Positions 24,119-37,651 of a DNA stretch of 64,000 nucleotides are shown here, piece by piece. Position 1 is the stretch's first letter, and each line of letters opens with the position of its first letter. Below the pieces are notes generated by a model. That model was not told where the DNA came from. It was given only the letters and a program-made list of their open reading frames with translations, and searched no databases. Made by a program: the position numbers and the translations under genes. This DNA is from Trichosphaerium sp. ATCC 40318 (lineage: Eukaryota; Protista; Tubulinea). The stretch lies in assembly GCA_038496445.1 (NCBI GenBank), contig JALMLS010000179.1, positions 434,001-498,000 on the forward strand, read 5' to 3'.

Positions 24119-24770
24119 TAAGCGCTACAAACGATTTACAGTGTCTTGGTCTAACAACAAACTCAGATTGTATTTTGACCCTGAAATACTGGATTGAACT
24201 TCTTTGTCCCCACATGTCGTGTAGCGCACCTTCACACGATCACGTAATATGCTTTAAAGACCCTTCTTTGTTTAGCACTCCCGAGTCATAAACGACTACA
24301 CCACAAAATAAGGTACGACCCTTGGAATGTTTTTTTTTTGATGGTCAAATACTAATTTTTTTTTCCCTTTACTCGTCTCGTACTTGGTGGAATTAAAGAC
24401 CATCTGTCGCTGCCAAAATTGTTTGGCCTGCACTGTTTGTATCATGGTATTTGGTACTTTAATGCTATATTTATTGGTCTTGTTTAACTGTATTCTAGGT
24501 GAAGGACACTCAGACAAGCACTGAAGTAGAAATGTTTCTTGAAACAGATGTCAACCCAAAAAAAGCTTGTGAGCAAATAAAACAAAAGAAAAGCCAATGG
24601 CTTCCTATGTAACCACTAAAAAGAGTCAGTTTTTGTTGGCAAAAAACCCGAGTTCTGATTGTTTTGCAAGCCCAACTGGTTGAGACGAAACAAAAACAAT
24701 CATGTTCATGGCAAAGTTTTTTTTATTTTTTCGTTTAGCTGTGATTGTACTCTCATTGCATCAAACAAGC

Positions 24771-25649
24771 TTATGAAATTGTACAACTAGTACTTTTGGA
24801 CTTTTCTACTAATCTACCATCGTCATGCCAACGTTTGGATTCTCCTTCACGTTTATTGTCAACATAATTGCACTGAAACTTGAGTCTACCATCATAATTC
24901 CAACACTTCATCTCTCCTTCTTGCTTACCATTTACAAAATAAGATTTCTTCCTCATTTGGCCGTTTTCATGCCATGCTATACATTCACCATCCAATTTAC
25001 CGTCAACAAAGTGACACTGCTCACTCAACTGACCTGTGCTAAGCCAATGTTTGTACTTTCCATTTTTTTTATCATTTTTAAACATTGCATGTTCCCACAG
25101 CAGACCATTCCTATACCACTTCTTATACTCTCCTTCTATTTTACTATTAACATAAATACCTCGGCATAGTACTGCTCCATCATTCCAATAAAACGTAAAC
25201 TCTCCTTCTCGTTCACCATTAACATAAAAACACTTCAAATACAATTGTCCATTTCCGTACTGCTCTAAGTACTCTCCTTCTTGCTTATCGTTTACATAAT
25301 AGCTACGCATACTTAATTGTCCATTGATGTACCAATCCTTATGCTCACCATTACGTTTACCATGTACCCAATTCTCCTCTTTTTGAAGAGTTTTCGATTT
25401 TGAGATTCTTACTTTTTGGGCGTTGTTGTGTTGTAGCCATTTTCCATGTTTTTTTAACTCACCATCAAACCTTGAAGTAGTTGCCGTGTATTTCGAAAGA
25501 AGAGGCCACGTTTTATACACTTCAAAGCTTAAATCGATAATATACAAGTGTAACTCTACTGGAAGGTCTAATATGGAACAATATTTCGATTTTGAGGTAT
25601 TAGGAGTTCTGGTAGTACCGGTGTTCTTATTTTTTTTGGTTTTCCTCAT
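24771..25649 (-). CDS. F-box-like + MORN-variant (YwqK-like) repeat protein
   Basis: ILDLPVELHLYII, then about eight repeats YxNGxxxxxxxYxNGKxxGExxxW; intronless. Confidence 0.85.
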   Translation of the reverse strand: MRKTKKNKNTGTTRTPNTSKSKYCSILDLPVELHLYIIDLSFEVYKTWPLLSKYTATTSRFDGELKKHGKWLQHNNAQKVRISKSKTLQKEENWVHGKRNGEHKDWYINGQLSMRSYYVNDKQEGEYLEQYGNGQLYLKCFYVNGEREGEFTFYWNDGAVLCRGIYVNSKIEGEYKKWYRNGLLWEHAMFKNDKKNGKYKHWLSTGQLSEQCHFVDGKLDGECIAWHENGQMRKKSYFVNGKQEGEMKCWNYDGRLKFQCNYVDNKREGESKRWHDDGRLVEKSKSTSCTIS

Positions 25650-25930
25650 GCGGTTAGGATCTGAAAACTTGATTTAAAATGAACTTTGGCGTGACTTAAC
25701 GTACAAATTCTGTCTTACTTCTTCTTGCAGTGTATCGTATTATCACACCAGAACAAGGCAAGACTTTTTAGGGGTAGACATGCTTTACAGCTCTCACAAG
25801 CCTGGTACAAACATCTTTTTTTTTTTGAAGACTTGGTACTTCACAAGATTGCTTTGGTGTTTTGCCTACATCCAAAATTCGAGATAGGCACCATCATAAA
25901 AATTTAGATGAAGACAGAGTGTTTTGTTTA

Positions 25931-27915
25931 TTAGTCATAGCAAGCTTGTGCTTTCTCATCAGGCAATTCAATAAACATTATATCAAGAGGCTTCAAAACC
26001 AAAGGCGAGGCATTATCTACTTGTATCCCTTCTATTACTGGTAGGCTCATTGGTTTGTATACCAACGTTTTACCGTTCAAAGATAAAGTAGTACCACTAA
26101 GACCTTGATTTGGTGATAGCCGATATTCTGTTCTTGACTTTCCAGAAGAAGAAGAAACATCAACATCTATTGAAGTTTTGTTATCCAAGTTTAGAAGTAC
26201 TACTGAGACGCCGCCCTTGATGTTCTTACTACAATGAGCATATGCTCTCAAGTATGTCGAACCAGCAACGGATGTATCTAAAACACCTTTACCCATGAGT
26301 CTTGACCAAAGGTATGCTCCATAGTAATCTGGTAGAGGTGTATGAGTCATACAATCAACCATTCCGTAATCAGCTCCAATAAAGTCTTGCCTACAAAAAG
26401 CACTGTAACCAGCAGCAGCTTTAGATCCCTGTAATAACATTATAAGACGATTAGAACTATATTGAAGAACGGCCTGTTTGCGCTTTTTCACTTGTACACG
26501 TTCTTTTAATGGTTTCACGGAACCAAAGAAGTGTAAAATTTCAATGATTGATGGGTTGCGTACCATTGCATCCAGATACCAAAAAGTGTCCGCGTAGTTT
26601 GCCCAACGCATCGAATCATGCGAACAAGGAGGTGAACCACCATTATGAGGGCCAATTTCACCTGCCCATGTCTCAGCTTCTGGGTAATGTTGTTGAACTG
26701 TTTGATAAACTTTATCACCGATGTTTCTTGTAATATCAAGTACACTTGGATCGGTCGTTGTATTTACCTCCACTTCAATATACTCGTGGTGCGTGATAGC
26801 ATGTATATCCAATTTACTTGTCTTTGCAGCGTCCATAAATCCGGCTAACCACGTAGTATCCGGATCTTTTACAAAAATTTAGTCATGTAAGAAAAATATA
26901 AGATTGACGCTTTCTGCTTTAAATGCAGAACAACTCAATTCTAAAATTCACAACATACTATCTTTATGGTAACCATGAAGATCAGGTCCAATAATTTTAG
27001 GGCGTGTGGTAGCATCTGGATAGAGTTCTTCCAATAATTTGACCAAGATTAAAAAGTCTTCAACTTCCTAGCGATTCTTAATTTAATCGCCTTTTTACAA
27101 CAACAATGTACCTTTGCTCCTGTGTACCGATAATTTTCTTCGTTACCAAGCTCGAATCCAAAGAATTTGTAACCCTTCTGGATAGAATACTCAATGAGTG
27201 ATCGAGCGTTTGTTGGGTCCCATTTATCATTTGCTGTACGTTTTTGAAGGTTTATACCGAACACCATATCTAAACCGGCATCCTAAAAAATCAGTTATTA
27301 ATCACTGTGGAAAATTGCATGCAAGTTGTTTCACGTGCTTTAGAAAACCCGTTTAGATTGTCCCACCAAGTGCTATTCAAGCAATAACCCTTACAAGTGG
27401 TATTGCCGTCTACGTTATAAGTCAATTCATCGTTTCCTGTTCCTCCTACCTACAACAAATGTAATGCTTGTTTGCTACACTTTAATATGAATACAAGTTG
27501 TAGAGGTACTCACGCGCAGGTATGCAGGTGCTAGTTGCTTTGCTAAGTATCTAAGGTTGTTGTCAGCTAAATTTCTATCGAAAAAGCCTCTATTGGCTGA
27601 AGTGTCGATGTTGAAGCCTAGAGAAGAAATTAGCACAATAAGTAAAAAAAGAAGAGTATTTGGAATATTCAACTAGCACAACTAACACGTGCGTACTCGC
27701 AAAATTGGCTGAAGTTTTATGCTTTGCGCTATCAGTTGAGAACTTTACAGTAACTGTAGAGGCGGTAAACGCGCCTAAACAAAATTATTAGAGTTAGAGT
27801 AAGTACACTCGTACTAGTGGTATTTTTTGTTAACAACTATGTTATGACAACCGTTTACGGGTTACTACGTACAGTAAAGCGAAATGGATAAAATGAGGAT
27901 ACACAAGCGCATCAT
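25931..27915 (-). CDS. Secreted heparanase-like glycoside hydrolase family 79
   Basis: Signal peptide; LAPAYLRVGGT, FELGNE, WAGE, CRQDFIGADYG and PLPDYY..LWSRLMG..VL motifs. Confidence 0.93.
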
Positions 27916-28256
27916 GAAGTTAGAATACTTAGGATCGCTTGCGAAGTGTAAGGTACCACGTTTTCTTTAATATTAGGCTGGTAATCAACATTAGTCAAGA
28001 ATGACAATGGTAAAAATCTTACTCTGACTTCTATCAGTTTTTCTCAATCGCATAATCGCCGTTTCCCTTACCATCTTCGCATGTCTACGTTAACACGTGA
28101 CGTGCAGTAGTAATCATAATTGGACCTATGAACTGGACAGACTCCATTTCGTGTGCTGCAGTGTAAGGTTAAGAATCATGTTTGTTATGTGCCGAAAAGG
28201 ATATTTTGAACATCTTTGTGTACTAAATTACTTGGTTTATTCACCTGGGACACCCA

Positions 28257-29270
28257 CTAAAAAGTTGTACTGTTCTCCCACACTTGTCTCACGTTAATAT
28301 TGAAACGTACAGCATCACCTTCCATCCATTTGGCACAGTCTTTCCACTCTTTTGGACTTTCTTGTTCATTCAAGTATGATGGTACTGAGTTCTCCATGAT
28401 ACGTGCAACACCATGAAAACAACGTCTCGAAGAACCTGCCATTATCACTGTATCACCACTTGAAATAAAAAACGCTGTAGGCTTTGTTTTCTTTGATTCT
28501 GATCCAAGAAGAAAAATAACAGTTCCACCAAAACTACAACTTACAATAGGTTGAGAAAGGTCTTCTTCTGAATTATCTTGGTGTCCACCCATGACATGCT
28601 TAAGGCTGGTATAGTAATTGACAGTAATTGCTTGTGGGATGTAAGGAGAAGTGGATTCCAATGATTCTTTCGGTACAAAAGTCGCAAATTGTTTGGCAAG
28701 ATCTGAAAGGTCTTGAGGCATTTCTCCTCGCTTTTCTCTACTATATTCTCTTTCTGTCCATTGAAAGTGGTACCCCATATTCACCCAACGTATGTGATCC
28801 TTTAGATCATGTGTAATCTCTTTAAAACGGTAGTGCGATTCAGGAAAGTCAGCTTCTTCTTTAGGTTGTTTCAGTTTTCTAAGAGACGAAACATTCGTTG
28901 GGTTATTGATTGGAAAGTCTCTTACGCATCTCGATATCCAATATCGTTGTTGTGCAGGCGTGAAGGGATTTGGAATGAAATAAAATCCAGGATGGTCACG
29001 CAAGCCGTACATTTCTATTTTGGTTACATCGAAGTACGTTGAAGCTGTGATGCTTGATTGTGGTATAGGGACTTTAAATATACCTCTCGAGTTACCTGGA
29101 GCATAATCCTCTGGTTTTAGCTTACTAAAGTTTATAACATCTTCAAAAGAGTTTTTTGTGCGTTGAATGTTTGCTCTACGTTCTCTGCGAGATTTTGGCT
29201 CACTGTAGAACTTGTAAAACTTCTCCGATTCTCTAAAGGCGTCTGACGCCTTTGTTTTACCACTACTCAT
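28257..29270 (-). CDS. ALKBH1: AlkB homolog 1-like 2OG-Fe(II) dioxygenase
   Basis: RWVNMGYHFQW, VNYY, GGHQDxSE, SGD..MAGSSRRCFHGVARI and RFNINVRQV motifs. Confidence 0.92.
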   Translation of the reverse strand: MSSGKTKASDAFRESEKFYKFYSEPKSRRERRANIQRTKNSFEDVINFSKLKPEDYAPGNSRGIFKVPIPQSSITASTYFDVTKIEMYGLRDHPGFYFIPNPFTPAQQRYWISRCVRDFPINNPTNVSSLRKLKQPKEEADFPESHYRFKEITHDLKDHIRWVNMGYHFQWTEREYSREKRGEMPQDLSDLAKQFATFVPKESLESTSPYIPQAITVNYYTSLKHVMGGHQDNSEEDLSQPIVSCSFGGTVIFLLGSESKKTKPTAFFISSGDTVIMAGSSRRCFHGVARIMENSVPSYLNEQESPKEWKDCAKWMEGDAVRFNINVRQVWENSTTF

Positions 29271-29490
29271 TAACAGCGTTGTGTAGGAGTGAATTAGTTG
29301 TATTAAATAGTCTATTTATCCCTAATAAAGCAGATAAGAATATGTACTCGATTGGTTAGCAAAATAATGAAGTCACAAGCGTTTAGAGGAAGTTTAACAG
29401 AAAAATAAACAACTTTATTAACACGCCTTAACAACACCAAAAAATTAAGTGTAGCTATTCCAAAAAGAATTTTACATCGTCGCAGTGATG

Positions 29491-30449
29491 CTACTTTTTA
29501 AAGTCATGGTTATCTGTGGACAAAACTTCATTTTCTATCTTTTCCAAGTCATCATAAACACCTTTTTTAACAGCTTTTACCAAATCAGTGAACAAAGCAC
29601 CAACTTCAAAAAGTGACGCTTGATGCTTAATAGCACCCAATAGCCAACCCTAAAAAATGTCAAGACGCATTACCATGTAGAATAACAAGCGCGGCTAGGT
29701 ACCTTGATGTCCAAACACAAGATGAGCGTCACATGACATTTATTTTCGCCCAAGAATTTAACAACAACTCCTGACAAGTAGTCTAATCCTCTAACTGTGC
29801 TTTTTAGCGATGGGTACTTTGCTGATTTTGCAATTGATGATGACCACGTGTGCCACTCATCATTTACTTTCTTCGAAGATCTTAATTGAATGAAATCACG
29901 GGAACTAACTGCACCGCCAAGAACAGGAAAAGATTTTGTTGTGACTACATCACAATCAACTGTTGTGTCATCCATTGGCACAGTAAATTCATCTAAGTAC
30001 CTGTAAGTTATAACAAAAAAACGTACCAAAAACATACCTTCAAGAACATAGAACTTTTCTAAATTGACATCCCTAAAAAAACATTTTGTTAGGAGTGAAA
30101 AAAGAAGCGGAAAAATAGTATTAGCGGCAAAGGTTACGAACCACTTCAAACGATATTTTGGTACTAGATGGAAGTAAGCAAGCTTATTTTATTCATGTGA
30201 AATTCCTGTACCTCCATAGCATTTACATACTAGTTCTGGGCTGGCTTCCATCTCGCCTTCACATTTGTACCAAGTGTAAGGATGTTTACCAAATTTCGCT
30301 GTAGATATCGTAATATCACTCTAATCTTCATTAACATGCGATCAAACGCTTAAAAACCGAACCTTGGAGTTGACAGTCCACTTTTGAGCAAGCATGTCGT
30401 GCCATAGTGCCCACTTATCTTTTACAGTTTGCGAGTATGTTTCTGCCAT
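29491..30449 (-). CDS. START (lipid-binding) domain protein
   Basis: GAVSSRDFIQLR, VRG..YLSG and CHVTLILCLDIKGWL; multi-exon. Confidence 0.85.
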
Positions 30450-30542
30450 GTTGTGGTAATGTTGTAACCAAATCAAGCAATTGAAAAAGTGTACTTGACT
30501 TTGTTTGAATTTGATTGCTTAGATTGAGTTGACGTACACGAA

Positions 30543-32585
30543 ATGGCAGCTATGGGAACGACAATACAATTATCTGTTGATTTTGACGCAATTGGGCCTC
30601 TCACAGATCTTACAAGCAAAATGAATACATTAGCAGAAAAAATGGCTTCAAACAAACTCGCTCCAGGCTCTTCAACGCTAACCACACAAGAAACAGGATT
30701 TTTATCGAATTTTACAGAGTACGCAGCTGCGGAAACATAATTAACCTTTACAACGCGCTTCTACGCGTTAAATATCACGAAATTATTATGTAGCGCTATT
30801 TTGGAATAATATGTTACGAAATATTCTAAACTAGTTTAGAATGCTTAACGCTTCAAAACTACTTACAAAAAACATGCCCATAGCTCCTCCAAAGCAATTC
30901 GATCCACCACCAAGCAATATTTTACCTATTGGCCAACTGAAACTACAACATGACTTGACACACCTCGCAACATCATTGGATGATGACATTGAAATGGATA
31001 AACTTTCAAAGGATCTCAAAGATCGTGTTGAGACATTTTTATCTACATTGGACGAATCAGACTCTACAATTTTTAACGACAAAGATCCTATTGTCAACCC
31101 AAAGTCTCCTAATGAGAAACCAAACACTGCACCTGGTAGAGAACGAACAAGTTATATAGGACCACCTAGAATTAGTGCCAATCCTGCAGCACAAATCACA
31201 GGGGCTGGCGTCCAACCATTTTATTCTGGACAAAACCATTTACCTAGAATTGTACATAGACAACCACAACGTGTAGTTACACAAGTTGCTCCAACACGAA
31301 CAGCAGCTCCCCCACCGCCACAAAAGGTAGTAAAGACTCTCAAATTCGATAAAGCTTTTAGCACAGCACCAAGTGATCATGGTAGTAAGCCAGTAACTGA
31401 TGTACGATATAGTTTTAAACGATTCATATCTTTTGTTTGACACGTGGTTGTTAGGTTCTGTGGGCATCTGAGTTTCAAGGTATACCTAAAAAAGAAGATC
31501 AACTTGGTTGGATCATTTCAGCTTCTGGTACATGCCTCACACTGTGGGCATGTTTTAGAACATTAGGTAGACTAGTGATCTTCTTAACAAACTAACTTTG
31601 TGAATCGCTAGATCCCCGAATGCAAGTCTCTCATATGTGCGACTTTGAGCATTACATCAAATGTGTAGATTTTCTAACACCAAGGTCACTCGTTGTTGGT
31701 CTGGAATCAAAAAAAGGAAAATACTCTATATGTTTTGTGAATTTGACTAGCAAAGCATTTTTTCACAAACGTGGCGCAGTACGACAAAAAACGTGTCCAA
31801 CAAAGGTAATTAACGTTAAGTCATTACACTTCTCATGTTCGTTTAGCTATTAAGTTTCAACACAATTGCAGAGACGCCGGGACAGTTTGTTTGTTCTTCT
31901 GGAGATACACTTACTTTATACAACAAAACTAAGACTGTAAAAGAGTGGAAAGTGCCAAAACAATCTGTTACATGTATGGGCTTAGGAAAAGACACAACTG
32001 CTGCATTCACAGGTTGTAAATCAGGAGAGATATTACAATGGGACATGCGAACTTACAAACAATCATTTCAATTATTAACGCATACAGACGCTGTCACATC
32101 TATACGGCCAGTTTCAGGCACTTTTCTTGTACGTCAAAAACCTTCGATAAAAAAAAAAGCACGTGACTAATTTCTATTTAGATGAGTAGTAGCAAGGACA
32201 CATATGTAGCTGTTTGGGATACAAGAAATGTATCAAAGCCCTTGAGGTCATACTCACCTGATAAGACGCCTGTAATGACTTTAAACGTCAGTCCGAAAGG
32301 CGACAAACTCGTTTATTCCACAACACAGGTACCACCCAGAAAAATGCAACAACTCATTGACACGTGACCTAGTCTTTACATCTTCTTGGACTACAAACAT
32401 CTCAAGGAGTGCAGCTGGATAACACAGCAGGCGAAGAACAAAAATTATACCTAAGCACTACATGGAGCGCAGATAGTACGTCACAGTTGCATAGCAAAAC
32501 AGTCATTTGACACAATGTAGGTAACAGCGTCTACGCTTCGACAAACACGGGAGTAGTTAATTTGTTCGAACCCGTTCACTCGTAA
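30543..32585 (+). CDS. WD40-repeat protein with low-complexity N-terminal half
   Basis: FTGCKSGEILQWD, THTDAVTSI and SSSKDTYVAVWD; multi-exon. Confidence 0.8.
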
Positions 32586-32728
32586 CCTAGTAATGAACAA
32601 ATAAAATGAAAACACACATTCGAGACTTGACTGGAAATTTTTTTTTCCTCTGCTATATTTTTTCGTAAAAGGGTCAAGTTTAATAGTTTTGTATTTTTTC
32701 TTAGGTAGCTCCAACGTATTAAGACAAC

Positions 32729-33407
32729 ATGTCCAAGCAAGGTAAAAGACAAGGACGCGGTCGCCGAAAGACCCCATACAACCAACCTCTCACAAAAGAT
32801 TACACCTATCCACTATGGAAAATGATTAAAGGGTGGTACGTGTTAATTGCGATACATTATCGCTCCGGCGCGATATTTGCTTAAAAATGCGCCTGAAAGT
32901 GACAGAAAACACTGTTATCGTGTACAACGCCACCTAAGGACTCAAAAACACTTCGCAAGTTTTTCGCAACAACATCAGTTGTGATCCTTTGAAACAGGCC
33001 AAAATGCCGTATATTGTAACGAGAGTATTCTAAATGTATGTAGCAAACTCGAGAAGCGTGCTCCAAAGGCGATTAAAAACATTAAGGATTTCGCATACAA
33101 ACAAATGGGAACAAGCGATGTACGTGTCGCCAACGGACTAAACAGAGCTATTTGGGCCCGTGGTATTCGTAAGGTACGCTGCAGGGAGAGAATTACATCA
33201 AACAACTCAAAAAACCCTCAAAATCGCTGAATTACGCGTAAATACAACTAACGCGCCGTTTAGCCTCCTCGCAAAATCCGTCTTCGATTGCAAAGACTCC
33301 CAAATGACGATGAAGATGCAAAGCGCGAAATGTATGTTATGTGCAGTCTTGTCCATGTAGATACTTTCAGCGGTCTTAAGTCCCCAGAAGTTGTAGATGA
33401 CGAATAA
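32729..33407 (+). CDS. RPL31: 60S ribosomal protein eL31
   Basis: Spliced product contains [49 protein letters not shown]; two introns. Confidence 0.95.
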
Positions 33408-33804
33408 ATTTGTTACCTTACACTTTTTTTTGATCAAAAGAACCGTCACTTGTACAATCGCCAAAATAAAAAGAAATTTATAAAACTTGCTCATACGACA
33501 TTTCTTGAGGTTATTTTTTTGAGTGTAAAAGGCATTTTGTAGTACATACCAATAAATCTGCGTAAAAAAGTTTCATTTTACAGAATTTGTGAGTTTCTTA
33601 GTTTACACTTGTTGTAGCGAAATTTGTAAAAATGGAGCCGGAATTATGTTTTATGTTATTATAGTAGGTACGGAAGCATATGCGCTGTATATTTCGCCCG
33701 AAGGTAGAAGGAATACAGGAGAAATTTTACTATTTTTTGGTTTTTGGGTGCCTAAGTCACCATGCTTTTTGTGAGTTCAATAGCAACATAAACAACAACT
33801 CAGC

Positions 33805-36660
33805 ATGCTCAGACAAGCCACAAACCGTCTCGCCCAAGTTGTACGTATGTTTTAAAAAGTATTTTGTCTCACAGTGTTTTCAGGGCGTCAAGTCACAATA
33901 TGTAACCTCTACAAAGGCCAGAAAGGCTACTGTTGTACCAGCTCGCGCCTACTCGTACGTGGCCGCCGGTTCTCCCGATTTTCTTCTTTCTTCTCAAAGT
34001 GGGCGGTGCAGTCTTAAAAAACAAGAACCCTTCGCACATAGCTACTATTGTATTTTCACGTAAGCTTACAGCATTATTTAGTGGTGCTGGTGGTGATATT
34101 ATTGGTATTGATCTTGGTACCACCAACTCATGCGTAGCCGTAATGGAGGGTAAAAATCCTCGTATTATTCAAAACGCTGAGGGTGACCGTACAACACCGT
34201 CATACATTGCCATTAACCAACAAACTGGCGAAAAACTAGTAGGACAACCTGCAAAGCGCCAAGTACGCAATTTCTACGCGTTTTCACCGTGAACTCACGT
34301 GTTGAGAAAAAAAGTATTTTTATAGCGCAAACGCGCTCCCTACGCTTGTTTAACTAGTTCGGAGTGTTAATAATTTATTTAGGCTGTCACCAACCCAGAA
34401 AACACATTCTACGCTTCCAAGCGTCTCATTGGTCGCCGTTTCGATGACCCAATGACCGCCAAGGATCAAAAGAATGTCCCATACAAAATTGTCCGGTACG
34501 TTACGAAAAAACAAAAATAACCGTAAAAACCTGCAACAAAATGATTTTTTCTCCTTCTTACGCTTCATTATAGTGCTAAAAACGGAGACGCTTGGGTTGA
34601 GGATGCTAAAGGAAAGCAATACTCTCCTGCTGAGCTCGGTGCTCTCGTCTTGAACAAGATGAAAGAGACCGCAGAAGCTCACTTGAACAAAACCGTACAA
34701 GCTGCTGTAGTTACCGTACCAGCTTACTTCGATGACGCACAACGTCAAGCTACAAAGGATGCTGGTCGTATTTCCGGTTTGGACGTAAAGAGAATCATCA
34801 ACGAACCTACCGCAGCTGGTATGTCCATCAGAACTTTAATTACGATTTTTTTTATTTAATTCGTATTTATTTTTCTAATTTTTTGCTTAAGCTCTCGCTT
34901 ACGGTATGTCCGAAAAGGATGGTAAGACCGTTGCCGTATACGATCTTGGTGGTGGTACTTTCGATGTATCCATCTTGGAAATCTCCAGCGGTGTCTTTGA
35001 AGTCAAATCCACTAACGGTGATACTTTCCTCGGTGGTGAAGATTTCGATACTGCCCTTCTCAAATACTTTTTGGGTGAATTCAAAAAAGAGGTAAGGAGA
35101 AAACACGGAAATTTTACTCGCCGAAAGTAATTTATTCCTAATTCATTTTATTAGTCTGGTATTGATATTCAAGGTGATAAAATGGCCATCCAAAGGTTGC
35201 GTGAAGCCGCCGAAAAGGTCAAACAAGAACTTTCATCAAAACTCTCCGTACGTAGTCTACGCGAACTATATTTGCTTTTTGCTAACAGGTGTTCCTTGTA
35301 GACTGAAGTTAACTTGCCTTTCTTGTCCCAACAAAACGGTAACCCAGTCCACTTTGTCCGTACCGTTACCCGCGCACAATTCGAGAACCTCGTACCAGAT
35401 CTCATTGCCAGAACCATCGATCCTTGCAAAACTTGCTTGAAGGACGCTTCATTGTCAGCATCTGACATTGATGAGGTCATCCTTGTCGGTGGTATGACTA
35501 GAATGCCAAAGGTCAAAACTGAAGTCAAAAACTTCTTCGGTAAAGACGCTTTCGAAGGTGTTAACCCTGGTACGCCCTCAGTTTGGTTATTCTTTTTTCT
35601 CTGCATTTTCAACGCTCTACAATTTTTATAAAACTTACTCTTCTCTCCAGATGAAGCTGTCGCTATGGGCGCTGCTATTCAAGGTGGTGTATTGGGCGGT
35701 GGTGTCACTGACTTGCTCCTCCTCGATGTTACCCCACTTTCCCTCGGAATTGAGACATACGGTGGTGTCATGACAAAATTGATTGAATCAAACACAACCA
35801 TTCCAACAAAGAGATCCCAAACTTTCTCTACTGCTATGGATAACCAAACTGAGGTCGAAATTAAGGTCTTGCAAGGTGAACGTTACATGGCCGCTGATAA
35901 CTCCCTATTGGGCCGCTTCAACTTGGTCGGTATCCCACCTGCACCAAAGGGTGTTCCACAAATTGAAGTTACCTTCGATATTGATGCTAATGGTATCGTA
36001 AACGTAAGCGCAAAGGATAAGGCTACTGGAAAGGAACAAATGAGTACGTCTACAATTTCTTGCTTGTTTCGAGTAGTGGCTTTTTTACTGATTTTTTTTC
36101 TTTCTCTTTAGTCAAGATTCAATCCGATGGTGGTTTGAGCGAAGCTGAAATTCAACAAAAGAAAGAAGAAGCTGAGAGCAACAAAGCTGCTGATGAAGAG
36201 AGGAAAAACACAACAGAGATCGTCAACAAAGCCGAATCTTCTGCTTTCGAAACCGAGAAATCTCTCGAAACATACAAAGATCATCTCTCTGAGGGTCAAA
36301 AGACTGAACTTAAAGAACTTGTCGCTGATCTCAGGTACGACTACTTGCTCTTTATCTTTTTTCGCCCAATTTTCCTCTCTTCTAAACTTCTTCTTTAGAA
36401 AAGCTGTCGCTGGTGGTAACGGTGAAGAAATCAAAGCTGCTCAAGATAAATTGCAACAAACATCCAACACTGCATTTACACAAGCCTACAACGCTATGCA
36501 AAGCGGTGGTGGCGCTTCCCAAGCTCAACCAGAGCAACCTGCTGGTGACGCTGCTGGTGACGCCGCTGGTGCCGGACAAGAAAATCCGTTCAACCAACAA
36601 CAACAAGGTGGTGAGACCGTTGACGGTCAAGGCGCTGACTTCAAGCAACAAAAAGATTAG
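33805..36660 (+). CDS. HSPA9: Mitochondrial Hsp70 (mortalin/Ssc1)
   Basis: Presequence [12 protein letters not shown].., [38 protein letters not shown] and a DnaK-type C-terminus; multi-exon. Confidence 0.95.
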
Positions 36661-36852
36661 AGTATACATGCAGAGTAGAGCGTGAAAGAAAGTTTTTATT
36701 TTTCTTTCGCTCATTTTTTTTAAAATCGTTGCTTAACCGCGTTGCTTACGCGTAACACTTGTACCAAATAAATTATGCCTGTTGCTTTATTAATAATGGT
36801 TATCATTTCATTCACTACGTATGAAATGCAATGATTTTCTCGTGCGTTTTTG

Positions 36853-37387
36853 TTAGAAGTTGTCAAAGTCCACTTGTATTTCAGGTATGTTTTCGTCTTC
36901 TAATTCCATCTCTCGTAGTTGTAATCGAGCGATATCTCCCTTCATTACTGTTTCAAACAGTTTTAGCTTTGTGAGTACTGTCTGGGCGTACAAATAAGGA
37001 ATTTACATTGAGTTAACTGATTTTGTCATCGTACGTTTGCATTTTGCTTGTATTGTGATGCCTCCTTCTGAATGGTGGTAACATCTGCATTTGGGTCCTG
37101 ATTATCAATCCATGCTTTGCCTTAAACCTAATTACTTACGTCTATGCCTTTGCGATGTTACCCGTCGTTGACGCTATCCATGATTGTTGCTTTGCAAGAG
37201 CCTCAACTTTGTTAATTTGTACTTGTAGTTCTTCTAGCTCTTTCTCTTTCTTTTGACGTTGTAGGCCAACGTTAATTAGTTCTGTGAGCGAATCATCCTG
37301 ATTTTTATCCTAACGTCCATGTAAACGGCAATAGAACAATAGGGACCTTCATACTTTAACTGTAGTATCCGGATATGACCACTGCAT
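36853..37387 (-). CDS. Small spliced hypothetical coiled-coil protein
   Basis: Exons join to give ..QRQKKEKELEELQVQINKVE..ELEDENIPEIQVDFDNF*. Confidence 0.55.
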
Positions 37388-37651
37388 TATTGATTGTACC
37401 GAAATTTCAGTAGATTTGAAACGACTTGACAAAAGACTAACTGTATACACGCCCTCCAGCACCAATATTTTTGTACAAACAAAGCTTGGCCTCCAAAGAG
37501 TCATTATTTAACAATTTACGTATAGAACGGCGCTACGATCGTTTGGGCGCTTCGACGTTACGTACAAGTTATTTTAAGGCGCTAAAGTAAATGTACAAAC
37601 GTACGAAAAAAAACGCGCCAAAAAAAATTTGACTTTCAAAGTAATCAACAA

